Of a stretch of DNA of 20,000 bases, positions 8,714-16,514 are shown piece by piece. The position numbers and the translations under genes are program-made. Source of the DNA: an uncultured virus (IMG/VR IMGVR_UViG_3300005253_002810) (Duplodnaviria; Heunggongvirae; Uroviricota; Caudoviricetes); the IMG/VR virus record IMGVR_UViG_3300005253_002810; one strand, written 5' to 3'. The notes under the pieces were generated by a model, which was given only the letters and a program-made list of their open reading frames with translations, did no database searches and had not been told where the DNA came from. Numbering within the stretch: position 1 is the stretch's first letter; each line of letters opens with the position of its first letter.

Positions 8714-9049
8714 ATGAGAACAGCAAGCAAAAGAGCAAAAGAGATTGTTGCTGGCGTGAGCAGGCGGCGTCTTAATAATAATACCCAACGGGTATTGTTT
8801 TCCCTAGTTAAGGCTGCCAGTAATGGTGGTTGGGTAGCAAGAACTACACTGCGTGTACCTTCAGTTGGTGCACGAATTCGCGATCTGCGTAAACCATTAT
8901 TTGGTGGTTTTGAGGTAGAGTGTGCCTCGGCAACAGATCTTAACCGTACTCGTCCAAGCTCAGTGACTGAGCGTCAAACCTTCTATAGGATTGTTCCTGG
9001 TACAGTTACGGTGTCAGCCCTTCGACAGGCCCTAAAGGGGGTGATTTAA
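8714..9049 (+). CDS. Basic putative winged helix-turn-helix DNA-binding protein
   Basis: Arg-rich; SVGARIRDLRKPLFGGFEVEC resembles the recognition helix and wing of small phage wHTH proteins. AGGT RBS upstream. Confidence 0.6.
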   Translation: MRTASKRAKEIVAGVSRRRLNNNTQRVLFSLVKAASNGGWVARTTLRVPSVGARIRDLRKPLFGGFEVECASATDLNRTRPSSVTERQTFYRIVPGTVTVSALRQALKGVI

Positions 9050-9050
9050 T

Positions 9051-9166
9051 ACCCAATAGTGCGGTAATAAACATACTAAATCGCGGCAGTTTGCTTAAGC
9101 AAACGGCGCGGGAGACCGGGAGACTCTCTGAATCAAGAAGCCTTCGACTTTAGTCGGAGTGGTCAC
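9051..9166 (+). mobile_element. Non-autonomous remnant of an IS200/IS605 element: tnpB 3' tail plus right end (omega/reRNA-like scaffold)
   Basis: 9058-9153 translates SAVINILNRG...ESRSLRL*, like the TnpB terminal NAAxNIL...rg motif. Subterminal hairpin CTTCGAC-TTTA-GTCGGAG, then GGTCAC ending in TCAC (9163-9166). Internal palindrome GTTTGCTTAAGCAAAC. TTTAA(T) lies immediately upstream. Confidence 0.75.
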
Positions 9167-9203
9167 AAAGCCCGGAAGTTTAAACTTCCGGGCTTTTTCT
9201 TTT
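9167..9203 (+). terminator. Intrinsic (rho-independent) terminator
   Basis: Perfect 30-bp palindrome AAAGCCCGGAAGTTT/AAACTTCCGGGCTTT (9167-9196) running into a T tract (TTTTTCTTTT). Confidence 0.88.
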
Positions 9204-9270
9204 GTAACGCCCTGATACGCATATTAGCATATTATTTTGAATTGTTCAAAAATTTATTAAAGGTAATATT

Positions 9271-9879
9271 TTGAGTCTTACCAACTATCCCACAGCACTA
9301 GATAATGGCACATCTCTTCCAACCGTTGTAGATCGTGTAACTCCTGTTGCGGCAGTGAGTGTTAATAGGTTAAGAGATGCCATTTTGGCCATTGAAACCG
9401 AATTAGGCACCGATCCAAGCAGAGTTTATGGAAATGTACGAGCAAGATTGGACGACCTAAGAGCTGAAATCAACACTTTAAAAGCACAAACTCCACCAGG
9501 ATTTGATGCCGCTTTGATATATAGTATGGCAGGTGTTGTTACGACTAGTTTTACCGGTTATACTCGTATAGGCAGTTTTACACTTAATCCAATAGAGTAT
9601 TTATTGGGAATCCAGGTCGTCACTATAACCGTAGAGGCCATCATAGAGGACTCAAATTCTAATAATTGTGACATTAGACTTTTTAATGTTACAAATAATG
9701 AAGTGATTGGCTCGGATCCGTTGTTTACTACTACTTCTGCAACACCTGTAGAGGTAACGTCAGAGGTTACTCTGCCAAATGGCGATAGGCTTTATGAAGT
9801 TCAAATGCGAATGCGAACTGGCACTGCTCCAGATACTGTAACTTGTTCAGGATCTAGAGTCGTTGCTTCTCAGAGTTAA
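9271..9879 (+). CDS. Putative virion structural protein (tail or appendage-associated)
   Basis: TTG start with AAGGT RBS. The N-terminus TNYPTALD...VNRLRDAILAIETELG is the kind seen in phage fibre/appendage proteins. The C-terminal domain is Thr-rich and beta-like. Confidence 0.55.
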   Translation: MSLTNYPTALDNGTSLPTVVDRVTPVAAVSVNRLRDAILAIETELGTDPSRVYGNVRARLDDLRAEINTLKAQTPPGFDAALIYSMAGVVTTSFTGYTRIGSFTLNPIEYLLGIQVVTITVEAIIEDSNSNNCDIRLFNVTNNEVIGSDPLFTTTSATPVEVTSEVTLPNGDRLYEVQMRMRTGTAPDTVTCSGSRVVASQS

Positions 9880-9889
9880 GGAGAAGAAA

Positions 9890-11026
9890 TTGGGTGGAAC
9901 AGTAAAAGGTAGAGTTGATTGTGTCGTTGGTGACGCACCGGATGGAAATAGAAATTTGTTTGTCAACTGTAAACAGTTTTTTGATGGGCTGGTTACTGCT
10001 GGTTATGGCGCTATTCATGCTAGCAATTTTGGAGCAAGTGCTTCTGGATTCGATTTTCATGATGGCACTAGTCCGGCAGGAGAAAACGCTTGGTTTGTAT
10101 TTGAATGGGCAATATCTACAGAAAGACCTGGTGGAGGCTCAGTACTTGGCAAAGTCTATACATTAGTTCAATGGGCTGATGGTACCGCTTTCGGAACCGC
10201 TCCCGGCAACCCTGGCCTGCTTAAAGGGGCAGTGGCTGACGGTGTTGGTTTTCAAACTGCTTTCCGAGAAGATGGCGGTGATCCATGGAATGGCACATCT
10301 GCAGCAGACGGAGCTGATACCAAGGGCGCTACGGTTTGGACAGCTGGAGCAAGTTCATTACACATACTTGACTATTCTAGTACTCCAACAGCCGGTACCC
10401 ACGATACTAATTTTGAGAATATGTTATCTCCTGGGGTTGATGCGGCGACGATTGGTTCAGCCAATCGAGTTCATTTCCTGGCCGATGAAGATAGTTTCAT
10501 TTTTCTTTTTGACAAAGACAATAATGGGGAATACAGCATATACTTTGCCGGACTATATATTCCTAAACCTGATGTAACGGCAAGCTATCCGATGATTTGT
10601 ATATCTCATACCGCTTTACCATTATCTACAACCTTTTCTTATGGAACTGCAGGTGGCAATTCAATTAGAGAAGGAGGGCTTGTTACAGCAGACACTTTGG
10701 GACCAATAGTAGGGTCATGGAGGCCTGTATCATTTGATAGCCAAATGACAAATACGACTCTTCAGCCAAACCCACAAAGTTTGGCAGTTTATGATGAGTT
10801 TGATATAGTTCCATACAACTTTGACGCATCTAAGGCCGTATATGGTTGGCCTGGTAGCCTTGATCTAATACGACAGGTTTACAATGCGCCAACTCACATG
10901 GCAAATTCTGATTTAACGCGTGCTATTTTTGGCGACGAAACTGTTAGCTCTGTAAAGATATCTACACCTTGGGGCGGCGATTATCCACCTGGCACTGGTA
11001 CGGTACGAACTGGCAGGAGCTTCTAA
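9890..11026 (+). CDS. Gly/Ala/Thr-rich putative virion or receptor-binding protein, paralog A (378 aa)
   Basis: Start reassigned to TTG 9890 (AAGGAG at 9878-9883), which aligns with the GTG start of paralog B. About 70% aa identity to 11449-12582 by manual count. Confidence 0.75.
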   Translation: MGGTVKGRVDCVVGDAPDGNRNLFVNCKQFFDGLVTAGYGAIHASNFGASASGFDFHDGTSPAGENAWFVFEWAISTERPGGGSVLGKVYTLVQWADGTAFGTAPGNPGLLKGAVADGVGFQTAFREDGGDPWNGTSAADGADTKGATVWTAGASSLHILDYSSTPTAGTHDTNFENMLSPGVDAATIGSANRVHFLADEDSFIFLFDKDNNGEYSIYFAGLYIPKPDVTASYPMICISHTALPLSTTFSYGTAGGNSIREGGLVTADTLGPIVGSWRPVSFDSQMTNTTLQPNPQSLAVYDEFDIVPYNFDASKAVYGWPGSLDLIRQVYNAPTHMANSDLTRAIFGDETVSSVKISTPWGGDYPPGTGTVRTGRSF

Positions 11027-11290
11027 ATGGTGATTGGTATAACTGAAAATGTAGGCCTGCCTGGCACTACAGTTGTTTTTATTGCCAAACAAGGGCATAC
11101 TTTTGCACCGGTTGTAGGAACTGGAGCAGAGGCTGCGACCACATTTAATTTCAGAATGCGGGCCAAGGCAGATCCGGGCCCAGGCTATGTGCACTGGAAT
11201 ACAACGGGAACTCCCGATTTTGCAGGAACAGGCGCTGGATCTGCGATTCAAGCAGGAACAGTTGTTGTTGTGGCCGAATGGGAGACTTAA
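11027..11290 (+). CDS. Hypothetical protein (87 aa), Gly/Thr/Ala-rich, possibly structural
   Basis: ATG directly follows the paralog A stop; AGGAG lies upstream. Confidence 0.7.
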   Translation: MVIGITENVGLPGTTVVFIAKQGHTFAPVVGTGAEAATTFNFRMRAKADPGPGYVHWNTTGTPDFAGTGAGSAIQAGTVVVVAEWET

Positions 11291-11331
11291 AAACTTGCCT
11301 TTTAGGCATTAATTATAAATAGGAGAACAAT

Positions 11332-11433
11332 ATGGATATGTTGAAAAAAGTACGTGATTTTGTAATGGATAATAAAGTCGCTGTGGTAGTTGTGCTTGTC
11401 GCAGTTGGCGTTGCAATGATGATGTATTGCTAA
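11332..11433 (+). CDS. Small single-pass membrane peptide (33 aa), not in the ORF track
   Basis: AGGAG RBS at 11321-11325. Reads MDMLKKVRDFVMDNKVAVVVVLVAVGVAMMMYC*. Confidence 0.7.
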   Translation: MDMLKKVRDFVMDNKVAVVVVLVAVGVAMMMYC

Positions 11434-11448
11434 GCCAGGAATAAATTC

Positions 11449-12582
11449 GTGGGTGGAACAGTAAAAGGTAGAGTTGATTGTGTCGTTGGCATTGCGCCAA
11501 ATGGTCATCAAGAATTCTTCATTAATATCAAGCAGTTCTTTGACGAGCTAGCTACTGCCACCTACGGAACTATTCATGCTAGCAATTTTGGAGCAGGTGC
11601 TTCTGGTTTCGATTTTCACGATGGTGGCAGTCCGGCAGGAGAAAACGCTTGGTTTGTATTTGAATGGGCGCTCAGTACTGAGCGCCCAGGCACTACAGGT
11701 GTTCTTGGCAAAGTTTACACATTAGTTCAATGGGCTGATTTTGATACTTTCGGAATCTCTCCCGGCAACCCTGGCCTGCTTAAAGGAGGTTTCGCTGACG
11801 GTGTTGGTTTTCAAACTGCTTTCCGAGAAGATGGCGGTGATCCATGGAATGGCACATCTGCAGCAGATGGTACCGACACCAAGGGCGCTACGGTTTGGAC
11901 GGCCGGAACATCAACATTGCATATTTTAGACTATGCCAGCACTCCAGGAGACGGCGACCATATTACCAACTTAGAGAATACTTTAAGCCCAGGATTTGAT
12001 GTTGCCGGTAATGTTGCAAATAGAATTCAACTTATAGCTGACGAAGATACTTTGATTGTTATGCTTGATCTGGGTGACAATGGGTCTTACAATATGTATT
12101 TTGCCGGACTATATATTCCTAAACCTGATGTAACGGCAAGCTATCCGATGATTTGTATATCTCATACCACATTACCATTATCTACAACCTTTTCTTATGG
12201 AACTGCAGGTGGCAATTCAACTAGAGAAGGATTGTTAATTTCGGTGGACGCACATGGCCCCAAAGGAGGGTCATTTAGACCAACCACTTTCACATCACAG
12301 TTGAAAACTACAGAGCTTCAGCCAAATCCACAATCGCCGACAAATTATGATGATTTTTCTCTTATTACATATCTTAACGATCCAGATAAGTCGCTATTTG
12401 GGTGGCCCGGTTGTCCTGATTTAATCGGCCAAATCTATAATGCCGCAAGCAATGAGGTAAATTCCGGCCTTACTCGTGCTGTATTTGGTAGCGCTATTAC
12501 CGCCACAGTTAAGGTTTCTACTCCATGGGGCTCTGTCTCAGCACCTGGTACCGGATCAGTGCGAACGGGTAGAGATTTCTAA
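11449..12582 (+). CDS. Gly/Ala/Thr-rich putative virion or receptor-binding protein, paralog B (377 aa)
   Basis: ORF track; AGGA upstream; collinear full-length paralog of 9890-11026. Confidence 0.8.
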   Translation: MGGTVKGRVDCVVGIAPNGHQEFFINIKQFFDELATATYGTIHASNFGAGASGFDFHDGGSPAGENAWFVFEWALSTERPGTTGVLGKVYTLVQWADFDTFGISPGNPGLLKGGFADGVGFQTAFREDGGDPWNGTSAADGTDTKGATVWTAGTSTLHILDYASTPGDGDHITNLENTLSPGFDVAGNVANRIQLIADEDTLIVMLDLGDNGSYNMYFAGLYIPKPDVTASYPMICISHTTLPLSTTFSYGTAGGNSTREGLLISVDAHGPKGGSFRPTTFTSQLKTTELQPNPQSPTNYDDFSLITYLNDPDKSLFGWPGCPDLIGQIYNAASNEVNSGLTRAVFGSAITATVKVSTPWGSVSAPGTGSVRTGRDF

Positions 12583-13166
12583 CTTTTCATCCAAGTGCGC
12601 CAAAATGATATCAACTGACGCATATCATGCTCTGTTGGTTTCAACTTATTGATGCCTTTGTACATTAAAGCGCCGCGATTAGGAGCGTGATTTAAACCTA
12701 ATAGATGACCCATTTCATGCCCGCAAGCGGATGTAAAAGTTTCGGCATCATTAAACCTGTCTACAACAATAAAAGCTAGCCCGCAAGGTGTATATCTTTG
12801 TGCCATGCCTAATGTCGTTGTTTTGAATTTTTTATCCCATCCTTTTACTTCTTTATCTTTAGATGTAGCTCTTATAAAATTAACAGCATATCCAGAACTA
12901 TCGTTATAAATTAGTTTATGTGAATCTGTATTAACTATATGAAATGTAACCAAGCCATGAGTGGCTTCTTGCCACCATATTAGTGATTCAATTATCCTCT
13001 GTTTCTCGTTTATTGAGAAAAGGCGATCTATAGACACATTTATGGGGTACAGGGTTGGCAGGCGCTCTATTTTTCTGTATTTTATCACCATCAAACATAC
13101 GGCTATGGCAGAAATAATGGCTGTCAGAACGGTATATGCGGCAAATACAAATAAAGCAAGAATCAT
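12579..13166 (-). CDS. Matrixin-like (metzincin, M10-type) zinc metalloprotease with N-terminal transmembrane anchor
   Basis: HEMGHLLGLNH matches HExxHxxGxxH, followed by Met-turn ALMY. Residues 1-28 are hydrophobic and followed by KYRK. Confidence 0.85.
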   Translation of the reverse strand: MILALFVFAAYTVLTAIISAIAVCLMVIKYRKIERLPTLYPINVSIDRLFSINEKQRIIESLIWWQEATHGLVTFHIVNTDSHKLIYNDSSGYAVNFIRATSKDKEVKGWDKKFKTTTLGMAQRYTPCGLAFIVVDRFNDAETFTSACGHEMGHLLGLNHAPNRGALMYKGINKLKPTEHDMRQLISFWRTWMKS

Positions 13167-13223
13167 AATGTTATACTAAATTATTAGACACGAGCCCATG
13201 TAATAATAGTGCATTCTTATGAT

Positions 13224-13685
13224 ATGAGCACTCTTACAGAATCGACAGATATTATTTTAAAGGCAGCTACTCGCTTAGAAAAGCTTGCTCAGCTGGCGGC
13301 ACCCTCGACAAAGGATACTGGTGAAGGTGCCATTCAGGACGCTTTACAATCTGCCGGTTTGTTTGGCGGGCCTGGCCTGCCAGGTAAAAAGTCATATACG
13401 AAAAGCGAGTTAACGCTTGATCTAAAGGGGAAAGTAGCTAATTTGATATTTGGAATATTGGACGGCTTAAATCCACAATTTAATGGCAAGATAAATGGAA
13501 CATTAACTGTTACTCCGACTGGCGATGTAACAGTAAATATCTCTGGCAGTAGGGCTGGTGACGTACAGCCAAAAATGCAGGCAACATTTGGGCCGTCAAT
13601 GTCAAAAGCTTTGCAGGTGGCAAAGATATTTCCGCCGGAAAATGTAACAGCACTATGGTTTCAAAACATAGGGTTTACTACATGA
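13224..13685 (+). CDS. Hypothetical protein (153 aa)
   Basis: ORF track (GTG 13209 or ATG 13224); stop is in an ATGA overlap with the next gene. Confidence 0.7.
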   Translation: MSTLTESTDIILKAATRLEKLAQLAAPSTKDTGEGAIQDALQSAGLFGGPGLPGKKSYTKSELTLDLKGKVANLIFGILDGLNPQFNGKINGTLTVTPTGDVTVNISGSRAGDVQPKMQATFGPSMSKALQVAKIFPPENVTALWFQNIGFTT

Positions 13686-14392
13686 CGGAAAGATTCGATA
13701 AATTCAAAGCATCTCTAGCCGAGAAACTTCCCGGATTCCGAGTCAAATACAAAGATGAATCCACCTTTATGAAGATAATTGGCGCTTTGCTATTCTTCAA
13801 CAAGTCATTCATGACCGGGTTTGTAACTACAATAGGTTACACAGTTTATTTACCAACCAGAAGCTATACAGATAGAGGTAGTGCAAGTATAACTTTGGCG
13901 CATGAATATAGACACGCCAAAGATGCTAGCAAAATAACTAGAATACTATTTAGTATGCTGTACCTATTACCACAGCTACTTGCAGTGCCTGGCATATTAG
14001 CCACGCTAATACTTATTCCATTGCTATTATTTAGTGTTATCTTTTGGTCGTGGTGGTTACTACCGCTAATGCTGACTTCACTTTTTGCAACACCATTGCC
14101 GGCGTATTTTAGAATGAAGAATGAGGTAAATAGCTACTCAATGAATCTGTTTATGTTAAATGAATTACAGAAAGAACATGGAGTAAGTGAAGAAGATAGA
14201 AGGCGAACATTAAGCGCCTCAATAGGGAGATACAATAACAATTTTACCGGGCCCGGATATTATTATATGTGGCCATTTGGTGTAAAAGAAAGATTGGAAG
14301 AAAATGCCGATAAAATATTATCGGGAGAGATATTAAAAGACCATGAAGTATATCAAGAAGCACTTGATGCATTAAAAGAAAGTAAGTCTTAA
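13682..14392 (+). CDS. Membrane protein with an HExxH motif, putative zinc metalloprotease
   Basis: TTIGYTVYLP...TLAHEYRH, followed by a long hydrophobic hairpin (LFSMLYLLPQLLAV...LFATPLP) and a possible third ligand in RMKNE. ATGA-coupled start at 13682. Confidence 0.65.
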   Translation: MTERFDKFKASLAEKLPGFRVKYKDESTFMKIIGALLFFNKSFMTGFVTTIGYTVYLPTRSYTDRGSASITLAHEYRHAKDASKITRILFSMLYLLPQLLAVPGILATLILIPLLLFSVIFWSWWLLPLMLTSLFATPLPAYFRMKNEVNSYSMNLFMLNELQKEHGVSEEDRRRTLSASIGRYNNNFTGPGYYYMWPFGVKERLEENADKILSGEILKDHEVYQEALDALKESKS

Positions 14393-14474
14393 TTATTACA
14401 CACTCTTAGAAACTCCCGGTTATATCTTAGGAGTATGGTAATGAATATTATACTGTACTTGACCGGGATAAAGT

Positions 14475-15680
14475 ATGCCTAATTACGATGTTGGAATAAT
14501 TGGAGCAGGCATAGCGGGCACGTTTGCCGCCCTAAGAATCGCTGAGAGATATAATGCAAGCACTATACTGTTTGATATTGGAAGGCCACCAGGGAAGCGT
14601 AGGCGCCAAATAGAGGGGTTTCTGGGCTGCTTCCCAACTGGTGATGGTAAAATATACCCGGGCGATCTAGAAAAGGTAAAAGATATTGTTGATGGTAGAA
14701 AAGCTACTCCGGCATATAAATGGGTTCATAGCTATTTTAGCGAGGTTAATCCTATGAAAATTGTTAGGACTCCGAAGGTATCTGTGGTTGCAAGGAAAAG
14801 GATAAGAAAAGCCAAGTTTGAATTGCAATATCGCAATTATTACCAATGGAAGCCTGAAAGTGTTCATAAATTATCTAGAATGGTTTCGGATGTTATGGAA
14901 GAATCTGGTGTAATCACTTACAATTTTGATAATGAAGTATTTACCATTAGAAAAAATAAGGGAACATTCGTTATATCAACGGCAAATGGTCCGATACTTT
15001 GTAAGAAGATTATTTTATGTGTAGGGCGAAGTGGGTGGCGCTGGGTCACTAATCTATATGACGATCTAGGCATTATATCAAGCGATGATCATGCTAGATA
15101 TGGTGTTCGCGTTGAGGTAGCGGCACAACATTTGAAAGATTTTAAGGGGTCACACTGTGAATTGATCAAAGATAACCTTGAGATTGGCCCATTGTGCTGG
15201 AATGGCACTGTAATACCTGAAGATCATTCAGATTTAGTAATATCTGCATTCCGATCAAACGAAGATAGGTGGAGAACCGACAAGGTCTCATTTTCTTTAT
15301 TGAGCAAGAGGTTTTTTAAGGATGAAGGGTCCGTACAAGCAGATAGAATAGGAAAACTATCATTTTTATTATTTAATGACAGGGTGAGTCGAGAAAAGAT
15401 TAAGACTTTTATGTCTGGTGGTAGTTTGTTAAATCTACTACCAGAATTCGACTGGCTCAAAGAAACTATGACAGAGTTGGGTGATATAGTGCCTAAAATA
15501 TGCGACAGAGGTTATTTTCATGTGCCAAATATATCGCCCATGTCGGCGCAAATACGATTAGGAACTAATTTGGAATCTGAAGTTGATGGCATGTTTGTGG
15601 CTGGAGAATCAGCGGGTGTGAAAGGTATAGCCGCTGCCGCTATTATGGGCACGATCGCTGGTGATTCAGCTTGCAAATAG
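14475..15680 (+). CDS. FAD-dependent oxidoreductase
   Basis: N-terminal Rossmann motif YDVGIIGAGIAG, IILCVGRSG, and C-terminal GMFVAGESAGVKGIAAAAIMG. Confidence 0.85.
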   Translation: MPNYDVGIIGAGIAGTFAALRIAERYNASTILFDIGRPPGKRRRQIEGFLGCFPTGDGKIYPGDLEKVKDIVDGRKATPAYKWVHSYFSEVNPMKIVRTPKVSVVARKRIRKAKFELQYRNYYQWKPESVHKLSRMVSDVMEESGVITYNFDNEVFTIRKNKGTFVISTANGPILCKKIILCVGRSGWRWVTNLYDDLGIISSDDHARYGVRVEVAAQHLKDFKGSHCELIKDNLEIGPLCWNGTVIPEDHSDLVISAFRSNEDRWRTDKVSFSLLSKRFFKDEGSVQADRIGKLSFLLFNDRVSREKIKTFMSGGSLLNLLPEFDWLKETMTELGDIVPKICDRGYFHVPNISPMSAQIRLGTNLESEVDGMFVAGESAGVKGIAAAAIMGTIAGDSACK

Positions 15681-15719
15681 ATGTTTAAATGGGAAATTAT
15701 TTAGAAAAAAGATAAAGAT

Positions 15720-16040
15720 ATGAACACTATAAGTACCTCAAAACTTTCCCTAAGCGCAGATAATGAGTTGTTCGATGAAGAGTCCAATGTGATACACAGA
15801 CTAATTAGGGTAAAATTAGTGCCGTTGCCTAATGGTGGAGAGAATTGGGAAGTATCTAACGATAATGAAGTATCATTAGTGGTCCCAGGAGTTAGATTAA
15901 CTAAAAGGGAGAAGAGTGTGTTAAAAACCGCTCAAGGGATTAACTTGTTAATGTATGAATATAAATTAGGCAACAGATCTGTGGCCAATATAAAGGCTAA
16001 ACTAAGGGAATATTGGAAAATACAAAATGATAAGGTATAA
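15720..16040 (+). CDS. Hypothetical protein (106 aa)
   Basis: ORF track, in operon context. Confidence 0.7.
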   Translation: MNTISTSKLSLSADNELFDEESNVIHRLIRVKLVPLPNGGENWEVSNDNEVSLVVPGVRLTKREKSVLKTAQGINLLMYEYKLGNRSVANIKAKLREYWKIQNDKV

Positions 16041-16215
16041 AGGGATTAAAAAGAAGGACAAGGTTCATTTTATTATTTTCATCAACGATAAGGATAATGA
16101 AGTAGAAATTCCTCTTGAGGATCACATTGCAGAAAGGTTCTCTATATATTTAGACAGGATTGCGCTTCCAAAAGCTAAACTTGTCGAGAGAGAGAACGAC
16201 GAGCCATCAGAATAA
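16027..16215 (+). CDS. Hypothetical protein (62 aa)
   Basis: ORF track; overlaps the previous gene; GGAA upstream. Confidence 0.65.
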   Translation: MIRYKGIKKKDKVHFIIFINDKDNEVEIPLEDHIAERFSIYLDRIALPKAKLVERENDEPSE

Positions 16216-16216
16216 C

Positions 16217-16514
16217 GTGTGGCCAGTTGTACATTTTAATAAAGAGCCTTGCGATATTTATATTGCTCGACCTTCTAAGTGGGAATCACCCTTCAGAGTT
16301 GGCATTGATGGGCCTCGTGAAGAGGTAATGCTATTATATGAAGTTTGGCTCCAGAGTAGGCCTGAATTAATCAGAGATGCTTGTCGAGAGCTAGCAGGGA
16401 GGGTGCTTGGCTTATTGCGCACCTTTGGCATGCCATGGTGATGTCTTGGTGAGAATCGCCAATGCCTGGCAACTGGCCAGGCCGTTGAATATTGAACTTA
16501 ATGAGGATTTATGA
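16217..16514 (+). pseudogene. DUF4326-like protein interrupted by a frameshift at about 16412
   Basis: The first frame reads VVHFNKEPCDIYIARPSKWESPF...ELAGRVLG. From 16413 the +1 frame reads YCAPLACHGDVLVRIAN...EDL*, ending in an ATGA overlap with the exonuclease. Joined, they give the LGCxCaPxxCHGDVL motif. Confidence 0.8.

Noticed and set aside
9051..9166. tRNA or other housekeeping RNA in the GC-richer intergenic segment
   Set aside because: No cloverleaf with proper T-arm and acceptor stem can be built. The features fit an IS200/IS605 right end better.
9891..12220. CRISPR array suggested by 21-74 bp exact repeats
   Set aside because: Each repeat occurs only twice, about 1.56 kb apart, inside coding paralogs. 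There is no repeat-spacer periodicity and no cas gene.
9890..12582. Diversity-generating retroelement (TR/VR pair)
   Set aside because: Both copies are full-length ORFs, mismatches are not adenine-specific, and there is no reverse transcriptase in the window.
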